A stretch of DNA of 64,000 bases. It comes from an uncultured virus (IMG/VR IMGVR_UViG_3300047407_000118) (lineage: Duplodnaviria; Heunggongvirae; Uroviricota; Caudoviricetes). Shown in pieces: positions 1 through 9,375 of the stretch (positions are counted from its first letter, which is position 1; each line of letters starts with the position of its first letter). The notes beneath the pieces were generated by a model. It worked only from the letters and a program-made list of their open reading frames with translations. It was not told the DNA's origin and did no database searches. Position numbers and translations under genes: made by a program. The stretch is taken from IMG/VR virus record IMGVR_UViG_3300047407_000118, positions 1 through 64,000 of that record; one strand, 5' to 3'.

Positions 1-355
1 ATTTGATGATGCCCAACCGTTCCGACACATCCATGCCAACAAAGTATTCCATGAAGCCCGCCACAGACAGTGGTAATATCAGACCCTGGCTCAGCTGTTT
101 ACGCAGACGCACGGTGCGAAGTCGTTCACCCCGGATGCCTTCAAACTCGCTGGGCTCTCGGCCCTTGCTGAGGAACGGTGCCAAAGCATGCGGAATCCAG
201 CTGTCTACTTCACAGTAGATCACCGGGTCACCCACTTTGAATTCGCCTTTCTTCACCACCACAGTCCAACCATCCACCACCGCACATTCAATCGCATCAG
301 CATCGGGGATGGCACGGATTTCTGCGATACATCTGATCGTTGCTAATTTTCTCAT
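1..355 (-). CDS. RNA ligase, DRB0094/PHA02142-like, N-terminal part (runs off window)
   Basis: Not in ORF track. Manual translation from ATG at 355 gives MRKLATIRCIAEIRAIPDADAIECAVVDGWTVVVKKGEFKVGDPVIYCEVDSWIP...RLRTVRLRKQLSQGLILPL, the typical N-terminus of this family; AGGAG RBS upstream. Confidence 0.85.
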   Translation of the reverse strand, partial: MRKLATIRCIAEIRAIPDADAIECAVVDGWTVVVKKGEFKVGDPVIYCEVDSWIPHALAPFLSKGREPSEFEGIRGERLRTVRLRKQLSQGLILPLSVAGFMEYFVGMDVSERLGIIK

Positions 356-364
356 GTTTTTCTC

Positions 365-460
365 CTAACCTAATAAACAAAATGAACAAAGCGCGTTTTT
401 GCTTCTAACTGGCCAATAGTGGCAGCACGAGCATTTGTATTTTCTCTTGATGCGTTTCAT
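365..460 (-). CDS. 31-aa Cys-rich microprotein
   Basis: MKRIKRKYKCSCCHYWPVRSKNALCSFCLLG fills the gap exactly between two co-oriented genes and has two CxxC pairs. Confidence 0.55.
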   Translation of the reverse strand: MKRIKRKYKCSCCHYWPVRSKNALCSFCLLG

Positions 461-461
461 A

Positions 462-662
462 TTACTCGATCACCCACAAAACTTTCAACCACTTTTTGAA
501 ATCTCGTTGTTTCCACTTGCCGGTCTTGACCCACATGTAGACATTCTCCACTGGTATGGCAGCGATCTCGTCGTCGGTGAGCAGGTCTGCATGTTTGATG
601 TCGTCATGCTGCACACCCTTGGTCTCGATGCGACGCCGGTTCAGTTCTAGGAAGCTGGCCAT
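462..662 (-). CDS. hypothetical phage protein
   Basis: 66 aa, GGAG RBS, start overlaps the upstream stop. Confidence 0.7.
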   Translation of the reverse strand: MASFLELNRRRIETKGVQHDDIKHADLLTDDEIAAIPVENVYMWVKTGKWKQRDFKKWLKVLWVIE

Positions 663-1003
663 TATCTATCTCCTTTGTTTAGTGCAATCGCGGCTGGTAG
701 CAGCAATACAGTTGCAGGTTGACCCAGTAGGGCCAGGAGATGGACATGTTTGGGATCATTATCCAACAAGTGACCGCAATCATCCCACGCGATTAGGGCA
801 AGTATCGAACCCCACGCCGCACCCCCCGCCGCATCCATCGCCGCATGCCTCGCCGCAGACCTCGCCGCATCCCACGCCGCATCACTCGCCGCATGCCACG
901 CCTCATCCCACGCCTCATCCCACGCCGGGCCATTGGTCTTGACATCAGCTATGATGCGATCAATCGCGGTGGCATTGGGCAAATGGCTCCAAGCAGTGTT
1001 CAT
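662..1003 (-). CDS. hypothetical protein with AWDA/AAWDAA repeats
   Basis: AWDEAWDEAWHAASDAAWDAARSAA low-complexity repeat; GAGG RBS; in operon. Confidence 0.75.
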   Translation of the reverse strand: MNTAWSHLPNATAIDRIIADVKTNGPAWDEAWDEAWHAASDAAWDAARSAARHAAMDAAGGAAWGSILALIAWDDCGHLLDNDPKHVHLLALLGQPATVLLLPAAIALNKGDR

Positions 1004-1006
1004 TGA

Positions 1007-1312
1007 TTATTCCTCAACTTTTGTGATGCGGACTTCAACCGTGACTTCAAAATTATCCTTTAGATCGTCCAATTCCAACAGACCACAGCGAGTGCAGCGT
1101 GGACCGTATTCTGCGCTATAGAGCCCGTTGGCAACGTTTTCATCTGAGCAGCTGGTTCTGCTGTGCGGCACCAACTCCAACAGTGCGTCACGATGTTTGA
1201 GCACCAGATCAAGACGCTGTTGCCGTTCTGCCAATCTAGCCTGTCTGGCTTCTTCGGCTCTGCGCTTGAGTTCATCCTGCAATTCTTTGTCGGTTACTTT
1301 TGTGAGATCCAT
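1007..1312 (-). CDS. hypothetical protein (coiled coil plus Cys motif)
   Basis: Likely start MDLTKVTD at 1312 with AAGGA RBS; HSRTSC...CTRC. Confidence 0.7.
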   Translation of the reverse strand: MDLTKVTDKELQDELKRRAEEARQARLAERQQRLDLVLKHRDALLELVPHSRTSCSDENVANGLYSAEYGPRCTRCGLLELDDLKDNFEVTVEVRITKVEE

Positions 1313-1322
1313 GTTGCTATCC

Positions 1323-1646
1323 TTATTGTTCAGTGTTGGCCCAGCGCAATTGAAACAACAATTGATCCTGAGCATTGGCAAAACGATATTCGCGAAACTC
1401 TCGAGCCTTGGTCCATATTTGAACACCAGCAGCATCAACCTCGTACACTTCCACGTTCAGCACATACCAACGGCTACCCTGCTGTGTTTCGTAAAGCCAG
1501 GCCTTGCGCGGATCTGCAGAAAAACTCAACAGCGGTAAACGAACCGCATGTGGATACCGGCGAAATATGTCAGGCGAAGGCCACGCAGTTCGTTTGAACT
1601 TGACATATTCGTAATAGCGTTCACGAGTTTCCATGATATATTCCAT
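1323..1646 (-). CDS. hypothetical phage protein
   Basis: Likely start MEYIMETRE; C-terminal FANAQDQLLFQLRW of a kind common in small phage early proteins. Confidence 0.65.
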   Translation of the reverse strand: MEYIMETRERYYEYVKFKRTAWPSPDIFRRYPHAVRLPLLSFSADPRKAWLYETQQGSRWYVLNVEVYEVDAAGVQIWTKAREFREYRFANAQDQLLFQLRWANTEQ

Positions 1647-1657
1647 GCTCGATCCAA

Positions 1658-1918
1658 TCATTGGTCCAGATAGCTGGCTACATCGCGGATTAGCCACAAC
1701 CGTTCTTCCAAGTCGTCTTTAGAGCCAAAACGATCATAAAGCAAATTGTCAGTCACATTTTCCAAGTAATCCAACAATTCCATGATCTCGTCGGCTTCTT
1801 GCTCCGTCAAGTGAACCGTGCGATCTCGTAAAATAGCCAGGGTCGTCTTGGGTGCATCCAGCTGACGGCGGCGCAGTTCAGACATCAATTCATCGTCGGT
1901 GAATTCGTTGAGTTCCAT
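1658..1918 (-). CDS. hypothetical acidic protein
   Basis: 86 aa, start overlaps the upstream stop, GAGG RBS. Confidence 0.7.
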   Translation of the reverse strand: MELNEFTDDELMSELRRRQLDAPKTTLAILRDRTVHLTEQEADEIMELLDYLENVTDNLLYDRFGSKDDLEERLWLIRDVASYLDQ

Positions 1919-2193
1919 TAGTATTTCCTCATCAACAGCAACATCGTTACTGTGCTTTCTTCACGGAAATACAGCCTGCGACGTTTGACGTCATAGTACC
2001 AATTTTCGTTGTATTCACGTTCAAACAATCCAGACTCTGGTGTGGGATATGTATACCAGGGGCCATACATGCGCTGGAATTCTTGGGCATAACGCAATTG
2101 TTCACGACGACCAGCTTCGTTGCGGGAAAATTGCAGCATGTGATTCCATTTGGGGAATCCATGATATCGGCCATTGAGCTTTATGTATTTCAT
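1918..2193 (-). CDS. hypothetical protein, first gene of early operon
   Basis: Start MKYIKLNG at 2193, 7 nt after a -10 box. Confidence 0.7.
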   Translation of the reverse strand: MKYIKLNGRYHGFPKWNHMLQFSRNEAGRREQLRYAQEFQRMYGPWYTYPTPESGLFEREYNENWYYDVKRRRLYFREESTVTMLLLMRKY

Positions 2194-2200
2194 ACGGCCA

Positions 2201-2249
2201 ATTATAGGCATCACACCTATTTTGGTCAACCACAGCTAAGTTGTTGATT
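2201..2249 (-). promoter_or_regulatory. sigma70-type early promoter with upstream IHF-like site
   Basis: TTGACC(2229-2224)-17 bp-TATAAT(2206-2201); AATCAACAACTTA at 2249-2237 matches the IHF consensus WATCAANNNNTTR. Confidence 0.8.
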
Positions 2250-2257
2250 TTACTGGG

Positions 2258-2977
2258 TCAAATCCACCAGGATTGGATCTGTGCGTCCCGGACTTGGTGT
2301 GGTTTGGGGTTTCCATGGAAAACCAGTATGGACGTGGTGGGTTCGATGTGTGCCCCGGTGCCGGGAGCCCGGCTCTGGCGCCGGGCAAAGTCCATGCCAC
2401 CTTCCCAGACGCTCCAACGCCAACTCTGTACCGCGCTGTCGGGCAAAAATCTACAGTGATCCGGGCCAATCGTGGCCTGGAGGAAATCTTGATCGCCGGG
2501 ATATTGGCGCGCTGCTACCTCGGGGGTAACAGTTTGAAACTGCTGCCATATCCATGCAAAGGTTTGCACATTCCACCACATCACGCTGCTGTTCATGCAG
2601 TTATATCTGGGGCGTTGCAGATAACGAAAATCCCGGATGGTCCAAAACTTCTGGGGGGTGTTTTGCATAATCCAACTGATGTCGCGACAAATCACCACAT
2701 CTAGATCAAAATACAGTAGATCCCCGGCAAAATGTCCCGGGTCAAACATCTGCATCTTGTACCACCAGCTTTTCTTGGGCCCAGCTATGCCCGGCCAATC
2801 AGTCAGGCAGTGTTTGATCATGTGTGGCGGCACTGATCTATCATGCTCGGTCCACACATGGAAATCTACCGGCAGGCCGATGTTGCGACTGACCATGTTG
2901 TAGAGTCGTTCCACATAGATCCAATCGTACTTGTCACCATGCAACACACAACCCACATCTATGCGATGTCGAGTCAT
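2258..2977 (-). CDS. glycosyltransferase, GT-A fold
   Basis: WWYKMQMF, LLYFDLDVVI (DxD), NSSVM, GDQDF, VFHGNPKP motifs; likely start MTRHRI. Confidence 0.8.
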   Translation of the reverse strand: MTRHRIDVGCVLHGDKYDWIYVERLYNMVSRNIGLPVDFHVWTEHDRSVPPHMIKHCLTDWPGIAGPKKSWWYKMQMFDPGHFAGDLLYFDLDVVICRDISWIMQNTPQKFWTIRDFRYLQRPRYNCMNSSVMWWNVQTFAWIWQQFQTVTPEVAARQYPGDQDFLQATIGPDHCRFLPDSAVQSWRWSVWEGGMDFARRQSRAPGTGAHIEPTTSILVFHGNPKPHQVRDAQIQSWWI

Positions 2978-3759
2978 CGCGGCGGGTGATGCCATAGATG
3001 TGGATACCGGGTCAACACTGCCTGTACCTGTGGTGGATACTGTGTATCAACCACGGCACTGCTGCATTTGTGATTGATGGCGCTGGTGGTATCCAATTCC
3101 TTGAACGCTGCCAGGACCTGTTCGGGATCGCGATGTTGGCTTTCAATGCAGGCCCGGACCTTGTGACGCACAGCCGCATCATCGCCCATCCAGGTCCAAT
3201 GCCAACCCACGGGATACGCCAACCCCACACAATGAGCACGATTCTTGCGTTTGATGCTGGCGCCTTTGTATAGCTCATGCGGCGTATCAAACATGCTGCG
3301 CCGGGCCACCACAGACCCTTTCCAGCCACGTTCGGCTCGCTGGTCCAGGCGATAAAAATACATGTCCATGCCGCAGGATACCGGTTGCACGGCAGTGTCC
3401 ATGAGCTCACAGATTTCCAGCCAATGCGTGGGGTCTATGATCTCATCCAAGTCGCCATGTATCACGATGTCCTGGGCATCACAGGTGGCCAGGGCCTCAC
3501 GGAATCCCTGGCGCATGGCAGTTTCGCAGGCCCAATTGACTTGATCCGAGTCCAGGGGCAGACATATGGTTTGTATACGACCACCCCAGCGTTGATTATA
3601 TTCGGCCAGGCGTTGGGTGAGATAGTAGGGTTTGGGCAGGCCCGAGAATGTGCGATCGGCTTCCAATATGATCCAGCGATCCACATAGTGGCTGGAGATG
3701 GCCAGATGTATATCCAGCATGTCAAATTCATTGTTGAACAGTGTGGTGTCTATGATCAT
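2974..3759 (-). CDS. glycosyltransferase family 17-like
   Basis: MIIDTTLFNNEFDML, ILEADRTFSGLPKP, GDLDEI, GWHWTWMG. Confidence 0.8.
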   Translation of the reverse strand: MIIDTTLFNNEFDMLDIHLAISSHYVDRWIILEADRTFSGLPKPYYLTQRLAEYNQRWGGRIQTICLPLDSDQVNWACETAMRQGFREALATCDAQDIVIHGDLDEIIDPTHWLEICELMDTAVQPVSCGMDMYFYRLDQRAERGWKGSVVARRSMFDTPHELYKGASIKRKNRAHCVGLAYPVGWHWTWMGDDAAVRHKVRACIESQHRDPEQVLAAFKELDTTSAINHKCSSAVVDTQYPPQVQAVLTRYPHLWHHPPR

Positions 3760-3760
3760 G

Positions 3761-4390
3761 CTAGAATTGATATATGATTTGATAGGCATCATAGATGGGA
3801 CAGTAGCCTTTCTGGCTCAAATATTCCACTATGGCACGACCTTTGCCAGTACGCCGGCCGTCTAGGAATCTAGCATTGTCATCTATGGCCACTATGGTCC
3901 CGGGTTTTAGATTGTATTCGATAGCACGAAACTCTCGCAAGTGATGTTGGGCGCTATCGCGGTCATCGCTCCATTTCACATCCCAGCTGTCCAGGTAAAA
4001 CAGATCCACATCGTCGAGGTCCTGCTGTGATTCCAGCCATGTGACACTGTCGGCACAATGGACCTGGAATCGTTCATCAGTGATGGTTTGCCGTGCGCGA
4101 TCGCAGGCCTCGGGATCAATATCTACGCTGCGTACTATACCACTGGTGAGATTGACAAATTCCAGGAACAAGCGAGAACTCTGTCCATCTTTCCAGTTGC
4201 CGGGGTTACGAAGTGTACCAGTTTCTATGATATTGTACCAATCAGATCCACGCTCCCATAACAGCCGGAATATAATCTCAAATCCCGGATAACGTACCCC
4301 AATTCCCTCTTGTAATCCGCGCTTGGCACCACTGATAGTGGGTGTGAGCAGATCTTGATAGTTTTTGAACCATTCCACGACAGTTTGCAT
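3761..4390 (-). CDS. class I SAM-dependent methyltransferase
   Basis: IIETGT, SVDID, DLFYLDS, LKPGTIVAIDD motifs. Confidence 0.75.
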   Translation of the reverse strand: MQTVVEWFKNYQDLLTPTISGAKRGLQEGIGVRYPGFEIIFRLLWERGSDWYNIIETGTLRNPGNWKDGQSSRLFLEFVNLTSGIVRSVDIDPEACDRARQTITDERFQVHCADSVTWLESQQDLDDVDLFYLDSWDVKWSDDRDSAQHHLREFRAIEYNLKPGTIVAIDDNARFLDGRRTGKGRAIVEYLSQKGYCPIYDAYQIIYQF

Positions 4391-4396
4391 AAATCC

Positions 4397-4424
4397 TATT
4401 TACCCAACACAAGGACTATAAATA
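4397..4424. promoter_or_regulatory. divergent T4-like late promoters
   Basis: TATAAATA at 4417-4424 (+), 5 nt before ATG 4430; TAAATA at 4402-4397 (-), 6 nt before ATG 4390. Confidence 0.65.
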
Positions 4425-4429
4425 TTTCT

Positions 4430-5209
4430 ATGAAAAACATCGTGCTTGTTACCGGGGGTTTTGACCCTTTGCATAGTGGACATATCGCTTATTTCCAAGC
4501 CGCACGTGAACTGGGCGATCGCTTGATAGTGGGTCTCAACTCAGACGAGTGGTTGACTCGAAAAAAGGGTCGTGCGTTTATGCCAATCAGTGAACGTCTG
4601 GGGGTTGTGAGTAATCTGCGCATGGTAGATGAAGTCATGGTCTACGACGACAGCGACAACCACAGCATGGCGGCCATACGTCAAGTACGCGATCGCTATC
4701 CCGACGCACACATCATTTTTGCCAACGGTGGAGATCGCACTCAGAAAAACATTCCCGAAATGTCATGCGAGGTCAATAATCTAGAATTCCAGTTTGGTGT
4801 GGGTGGCACTCGCAAGTCCAACTCCAGTAGCTGGATCCTAGAGGATTGGAAAGCGCCCAAGACTCCCAGACCCTGGGGTTATTATCGTGTGCTGCACGAA
4901 GTGCCTGGTTGCAAGGTCAAGGAACTCACAGTGAGTCCTGGGGCCAGCCTCAGTATGCAGCGACATCAGGATCGAGCTGAATTCTGGTTGGTAAGCGAGG
5001 GCATGGCCACGGTCTACACCATTGACTCCAGCACCGATGTGGAACTGAACGGCGTGTTCCGGCGTCATCAGTTCCTACACATCGCGCCGCACGAGTGGCA
5101 TCAGCTGGTGAATGAGCAGCCCAATGCTCTCAAGATCGTGGAAATACAGTATGGTGATCGCTGTGAAGAAGAAGATATCGAACGTAATCAACAGGTACGG
5201 TGGGGCTAG
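4430..5209 (+). CDS. cytidylyltransferase-like domain fused to mannose-6-phosphate isomerase-type cupin
   Basis: TGGFDPLHSGH (HxGH), FANGGDR; C-terminal RPWG, LSMQRHQDRAEFW, EIQYG..EEDIER. Confidence 0.85.
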   Translation: MKNIVLVTGGFDPLHSGHIAYFQAARELGDRLIVGLNSDEWLTRKKGRAFMPISERLGVVSNLRMVDEVMVYDDSDNHSMAAIRQVRDRYPDAHIIFANGGDRTQKNIPEMSCEVNNLEFQFGVGGTRKSNSSSWILEDWKAPKTPRPWGYYRVLHEVPGCKVKELTVSPGASLSMQRHQDRAEFWLVSEGMATVYTIDSSTDVELNGVFRRHQFLHIAPHEWHQLVNEQPNALKIVEIQYGDRCEEEDIERNQQVRWG

Positions 5210-6012
5210 TGCCCTCGGACTGGGTTTTTCTCAGCAAAAACGGTCGGGATCAATACATCAACCGGTTGGCGGCCAGTGCCGGTGTGCAGCCCACTGACAC
5301 CGATCATTTTGACTATCAGCAACACTTGGGCACGATCGTGCTACGCGGTATTCTCAAATACAAAATCATGCAGCGGTGCTGGCAAGATCAGAGACCGTTT
5401 TACTACATGGACTCCGGCTACATGGGCAACGCTATCAGTGTCCAGAATCCGCAAGGGCACAAGTTGTGGCATCGCATAGTACCCAATGATCTCCAGCACT
5501 CACAGATATTGCCAAGATCTCCAGATCGACTGGGTCGCTTGGGTATCACTGGTCGTGCGCGTAGACATGGCAGTCGCGTGATAGTGGCCGTACCTGATGA
5601 AAAGCCCTGTAGATTTTATGGTATCGATCGTGATCAGTGGATCCAGGACACCGTGAACACGATCAAACAACACACCGATCGACCCATCGTGATACGTGAA
5701 CGTGCGCCACGACGCCGGGATCGTGTGGCCACCGATCCCCTGGTCCAGGTGTTACGCGATGACACGCATGCCTTGGTCACATTCAACAGCAATGCCGCGG
5801 TAGAGGCCGTGATTGAGGGTGTGCCAGTGTTTGTGACTGCACCTACTCATGCAGCTGAACCGGTGGGCAATCGAGATCTCAGCCAGATTGAAGAACCTTT
5901 CTGGCCCGATCGGGATCTGGTCCGGGCATGGTTATGTCATTTGGCCTATGGTCAGTTTCATGTGCATGAACTTGAAGATGGCACAGCCTTGAGGATTCTC
6001 GATGGCGCTTAG
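5200..6012 (+). CDS. putative GT-B / capsule polysaccharide synthesis-like protein
   Basis: LVTFNSNAAVEAVIEGVPVF motif; paralogous to 6002 and 8548 genes. Confidence 0.6.
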   Translation: MGLVPSDWVFLSKNGRDQYINRLAASAGVQPTDTDHFDYQQHLGTIVLRGILKYKIMQRCWQDQRPFYYMDSGYMGNAISVQNPQGHKLWHRIVPNDLQHSQILPRSPDRLGRLGITGRARRHGSRVIVAVPDEKPCRFYGIDRDQWIQDTVNTIKQHTDRPIVIRERAPRRRDRVATDPLVQVLRDDTHALVTFNSNAAVEAVIEGVPVFVTAPTHAAEPVGNRDLSQIEEPFWPDRDLVRAWLCHLAYGQFHVHELEDGTALRILDGA

Positions 6013-6967
6013 AGTGATCAGTTACCTGGCCACTCTGCCCCGGGGACGGACCGCCGAGACTTTGGCCAAAAATCGACTCAAGGCCGACACGCTGCGCTAC
6101 TTTGCCGAAGGTGTAAATCGCCTGGGTGACACGGGCGTGATTTCTGAAAGCACCGAGTGGCAGCCCGCAGATGTGGCCGTGATCCTGGGTTGGGTGCATG
6201 AACGTAGCAAAACATCCGCGCATCTGGAACTGCGACGCTCAATCCTGGAGCAACAGGCCCAACATGGTGGTCGCACCATAATTGCAGACAGCAATCTTTT
6301 TCTCTATCGAGACACCACCAATCCCGGCTATTGGCTGCGCTACAGTTATGATAACGTGTTTCCAGGGCTGGGCGAATATTGTGACCAGGATCCTGACCCC
6401 CAACGTTGGGCCCAGGTGCAACAACACTTGGGCGTACAGTTACGCGATTGGCGGCGCCAAGGCAATCATGTGCTGATTTGTCTACAGCGCGACGGTGGCT
6501 GGAGCATGGGTGGACGCGATGTGGCACATTGGGCTCTCAAGATGGTGGCCGAAATCCGGGGCTATAGCGATCGTCCCATACGCATACGAGCACATCCGGG
6601 CGACAAAGGTGCTGTGAAATATTGCGAGCGCATGCGGAAACTGTTGACGGCACGCCGTGTACGCGATGTGAGTTTCAGCATGGCCAGTCATAGCCTCATG
6701 CAAGATCTAGATCAGTGCTGGGCTGTGGTCAACCACAATTCGAGCCCGGCCGTGGCTGCTGCGATCGAAGGCGTGCCCATATTCCTGACCGATGCTGATC
6801 ACAGTCAGGCCAACGAAGTGGCCAATAGAGATTTCTCGCTCATAGAAAATCCCCAACTGTTTGATCGTGACGCATGGGTCCGGCGCCTGGCTCAGTTTCA
6901 CTGGAGCCATCAAGAACTACAACAGGGTCTCTGTTGGAATCATATGCGTAAATGGGCACAACCATGA
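6002..6967 (+). CDS. putative GT-B / capsule polysaccharide synthesis-like protein
   Basis: ICLQR, IRIRAHP, VVNHNSSPAVAAAIEGVPIF. Confidence 0.6.
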   Translation: MALRVISYLATLPRGRTAETLAKNRLKADTLRYFAEGVNRLGDTGVISESTEWQPADVAVILGWVHERSKTSAHLELRRSILEQQAQHGGRTIIADSNLFLYRDTTNPGYWLRYSYDNVFPGLGEYCDQDPDPQRWAQVQQHLGVQLRDWRRQGNHVLICLQRDGGWSMGGRDVAHWALKMVAEIRGYSDRPIRIRAHPGDKGAVKYCERMRKLLTARRVRDVSFSMASHSLMQDLDQCWAVVNHNSSPAVAAAIEGVPIFLTDADHSQANEVANRDFSLIENPQLFDRDAWVRRLAQFHWSHQELQQGLCWNHMRKWAQP

Positions 6968-7761
6968 TCGAAGTAATCACCAGCGTAAACGAGTACTACT
7001 GGAATCTCATAGGTCGAGACTGCGTGGAATCTTGGTTGGCACACTGGAGCGACCAGTTCCGGCTCACAGTGTATGTGGAAGATTTCCGTCTGCCCATACA
7101 GAATGATCGCATCAGCGAGATTGGGTTTGATCAGCTGGATCCGGATTATGCCCAGTTTCAACGCGAAAATTTCAATGCCAGCACCAAGCGGTTTGCCAAA
7201 AAAGCCTACTGTGTGATGCATGCCATGCGGCACAGCACCAGTGCCTGGGTGATATGGCTAGATGCAGATGTGATCACGCAACAGGACCTGGGCTGGCCGC
7301 AATGGCACACGCTGCTGAATCCGCAGTGGTTAGCCACTTATATGGGCGTGATCTATCAACTGGATAAACAAGGGAAACCTGGTATATGGCTAGTACCCGA
7401 AACCGGAATATTTGCTGTGAATCGACAACACAGCGATTTTAACTGCTTCCGTGGCGAATATGAGCGACGATATCATCAGAGAGATAGTCAAGGTCTCAGG
7501 AGATTCTATGACAACGACGTGTTTGGTGCGGCAATACGATCAGTACCCACGGCTCCGGTCCTGGATCTCTGCGGAGGATTTGCCAAGGCCTATAAAACTC
7601 CGCTGCGACATACAGTGTTAGGTCCCTATCTCACACACTACAAGGCCAAACACAGCAAGGCCGAATACCTATTACCTAGCGTTGATTCCAATAGGATTCA
7701 GAGCGTGGACGCAGGAGATCCTTTGTCTGGCTGCGACCCTGATCCTTTCTCCGACCCTTGA
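6964..7761 (+). CDS. glycosyltransferase (DxD)
   Basis: RFAKKAY, VIWLDADV, ETGIF, HYK; paralog of 7676-8494. Confidence 0.7.
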   Translation: MIEVITSVNEYYWNLIGRDCVESWLAHWSDQFRLTVYVEDFRLPIQNDRISEIGFDQLDPDYAQFQRENFNASTKRFAKKAYCVMHAMRHSTSAWVIWLDADVITQQDLGWPQWHTLLNPQWLATYMGVIYQLDKQGKPGIWLVPETGIFAVNRQHSDFNCFRGEYERRYHQRDSQGLRRFYDNDVFGAAIRSVPTAPVLDLCGGFAKAYKTPLRHTVLGPYLTHYKAKHSKAEYLLPSVDSNRIQSVDAGDPLSGCDPDPFSDP

Positions 7762-8494
7762 GATGATCCAGATAGGCTCCCCAGGCCGTATTGATCAGGG
7801 GGTGACCTTCACCGCGTATGAGACCCTGGCTCCAGTTCCATAATCGCCAATTGGGATGATCGGCCTTGACTTCGTCGCGAGTTTGATCAAACACCCAGCA
7901 GTCATTCCATTCGGTCATGGTCATGAGTCGTCCAGAATCATAGGCCCGCTGGAATTCTGTCAACCACAAGCGTGTGGTGGTGTCCCGGAGATTGATACCG
8001 TAAAGTCCGCACTCAGTAAACTTGCGTTCACGACCCAGATAAGCCAAACCTACCTCGGGTGGCATCTGACTGGCTATGAAATCCAGTGTGATGGGGCTGT
8101 GGCAAACCATGTCAGCATCCATCCAGAACAGCACATCAGCATCAGTGTTCTGCGCAGCATGACATACCGCATAAACCTTGTGGCTGAATCTTATGGCATC
8201 CCAACGAAAGCCCAGGCCCGGCGCCTTGCCTTTGCGATCGGGCTCACCCAGGGCCACTTCGCCACGTGCTCTGGGATCTGATTGCCACCTCTGTTTGAAT
8301 CGTACTAGATTGGGTACAGAGTCATGCAGATCGCGTACCACGAGATTGGCAGCCAATTGTGAGACCGCGCAGTCCTGTGGATATACATAGAGGGTAACAG
8401 CGCGGGGCCAATTCATCAAGAAAGTATCAATCATGCGACTGGCATAGACTTGATAGCCCTGGGCATGAAAAGTAGTAACAACAGCAAAGGTCAT
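7676..8494 (-). CDS. glycosyltransferase (DxD)
   Basis: RFSHKVY, LFWMDADM, ECGLY, EWNDCWVFD, LDHLKG; likely start MTFAVVTTF. Confidence 0.75.
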   Translation of the reverse strand: MTFAVVTTFHAQGYQVYASRMIDTFLMNWPRAVTLYVYPQDCAVSQLAANLVVRDLHDSVPNLVRFKQRWQSDPRARGEVALGEPDRKGKAPGLGFRWDAIRFSHKVYAVCHAAQNTDADVLFWMDADMVCHSPITLDFIASQMPPEVGLAYLGRERKFTECGLYGINLRDTTTRLWLTEFQRAYDSGRLMTMTEWNDCWVFDQTRDEVKADHPNWRLWNWSQGLIRGEGHPLINTAWGAYLDHLKGRRKDQGRSQTKDLLRPRSESYWNQR

Positions 8495-8547
8495 GCTATG
8501 ATCCAAACATTTAGTAGGTGCAGCATTTTGATAACTATTTACTCATT

Positions 8548-9375
8548 ATGCGTATCGGTGTTTTCGATCAGTGGGGTGCCCAAAACAGCCAGTCAGTATG
8601 GCCTGCACTCTATCAGGGCATCGCAAGATTGGGTCACAGCGCAGTCAGCCATGACTGGGATGCAGACATGGCTGTGATATGGAGTCTGGTCTGGTCAGGA
8701 CGCATGCGCTCAAATCAACAGGTGTGGCAGCATTATAGACAGCGCAGCCGGCCAGTCTTGGTCATAGAAGTAGGCACCTTGTGCCGTGGACATACTTGGA
8801 AACTGGGCATAAATGGCCTGGGTAGCGGGGCATTTTGGGGTCGTGAACAAGATCCACTGCGACCCCAGCGCATGGCGGTGCAACTCCGGCCCTGGCGCGA
8901 ACCCGGCAGTGACGTCGTGATTGTGCTACAGCGCGATGACAGTGAGCAGTGGCAGGGACTGCCACCCACAGCTGAGTGGCTTATGCAAGTGATTGCCAAT
9001 TTGCGTCAATATACCGATAGACCCATACACATCAGGCCACATCCACGTCGAGCCACGCCCGATATTCCAGGCGTTATAGTAGACCGACCACAACGATCCG
9101 CGGGCACCTATGACGATTATGATCTGGATACCAGCCTGAGTCGGGCCTGGGCTGTGATCAATGTCAACAGTGGTGCTGGAGTCAATGCGGTCATACGCGG
9201 CACGCCACTGTTCGCCCATGCGTCTAGCCTGGCAGCGCCCGTGGCCGGACTAGATTGGAGTCAAATTGAGCAACCGCGCAGGCCCGATCGCGACCAGTGG
9301 TTCCAGTACCTGTGTCATACCGAGTGGACTCTACCGGAAATCGCATCAGGTCAGGCCCTGACCCGATTGCTCTAG
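8548..9375 (+). CDS. putative GT-B / capsule polysaccharide synthesis-like protein
   Basis: IVLQR, IHIRPHP, VINVNSGAGVNAVIRGTP; start MRIGVF. Confidence 0.6.
   Translation: MRIGVFDQWGAQNSQSVWPALYQGIARLGHSAVSHDWDADMAVIWSLVWSGRMRSNQQVWQHYRQRSRPVLVIEVGTLCRGHTWKLGINGLGSGAFWGREQDPLRPQRMAVQLRPWREPGSDVVIVLQRDDSEQWQGLPPTAEWLMQVIANLRQYTDRPIHIRPHPRRATPDIPGVIVDRPQRSAGTYDDYDLDTSLSRAWAVINVNSGAGVNAVIRGTPLFAHASSLAAPVAGLDWSQIEQPRRPDRDQWFQYLCHTEWTLPEIASGQALTRLL

Noticed and set aside
556..942. Pro/His-rich plus-strand ORF
   Set aside because: Antisense shadow of the AWDAA repeat gene.
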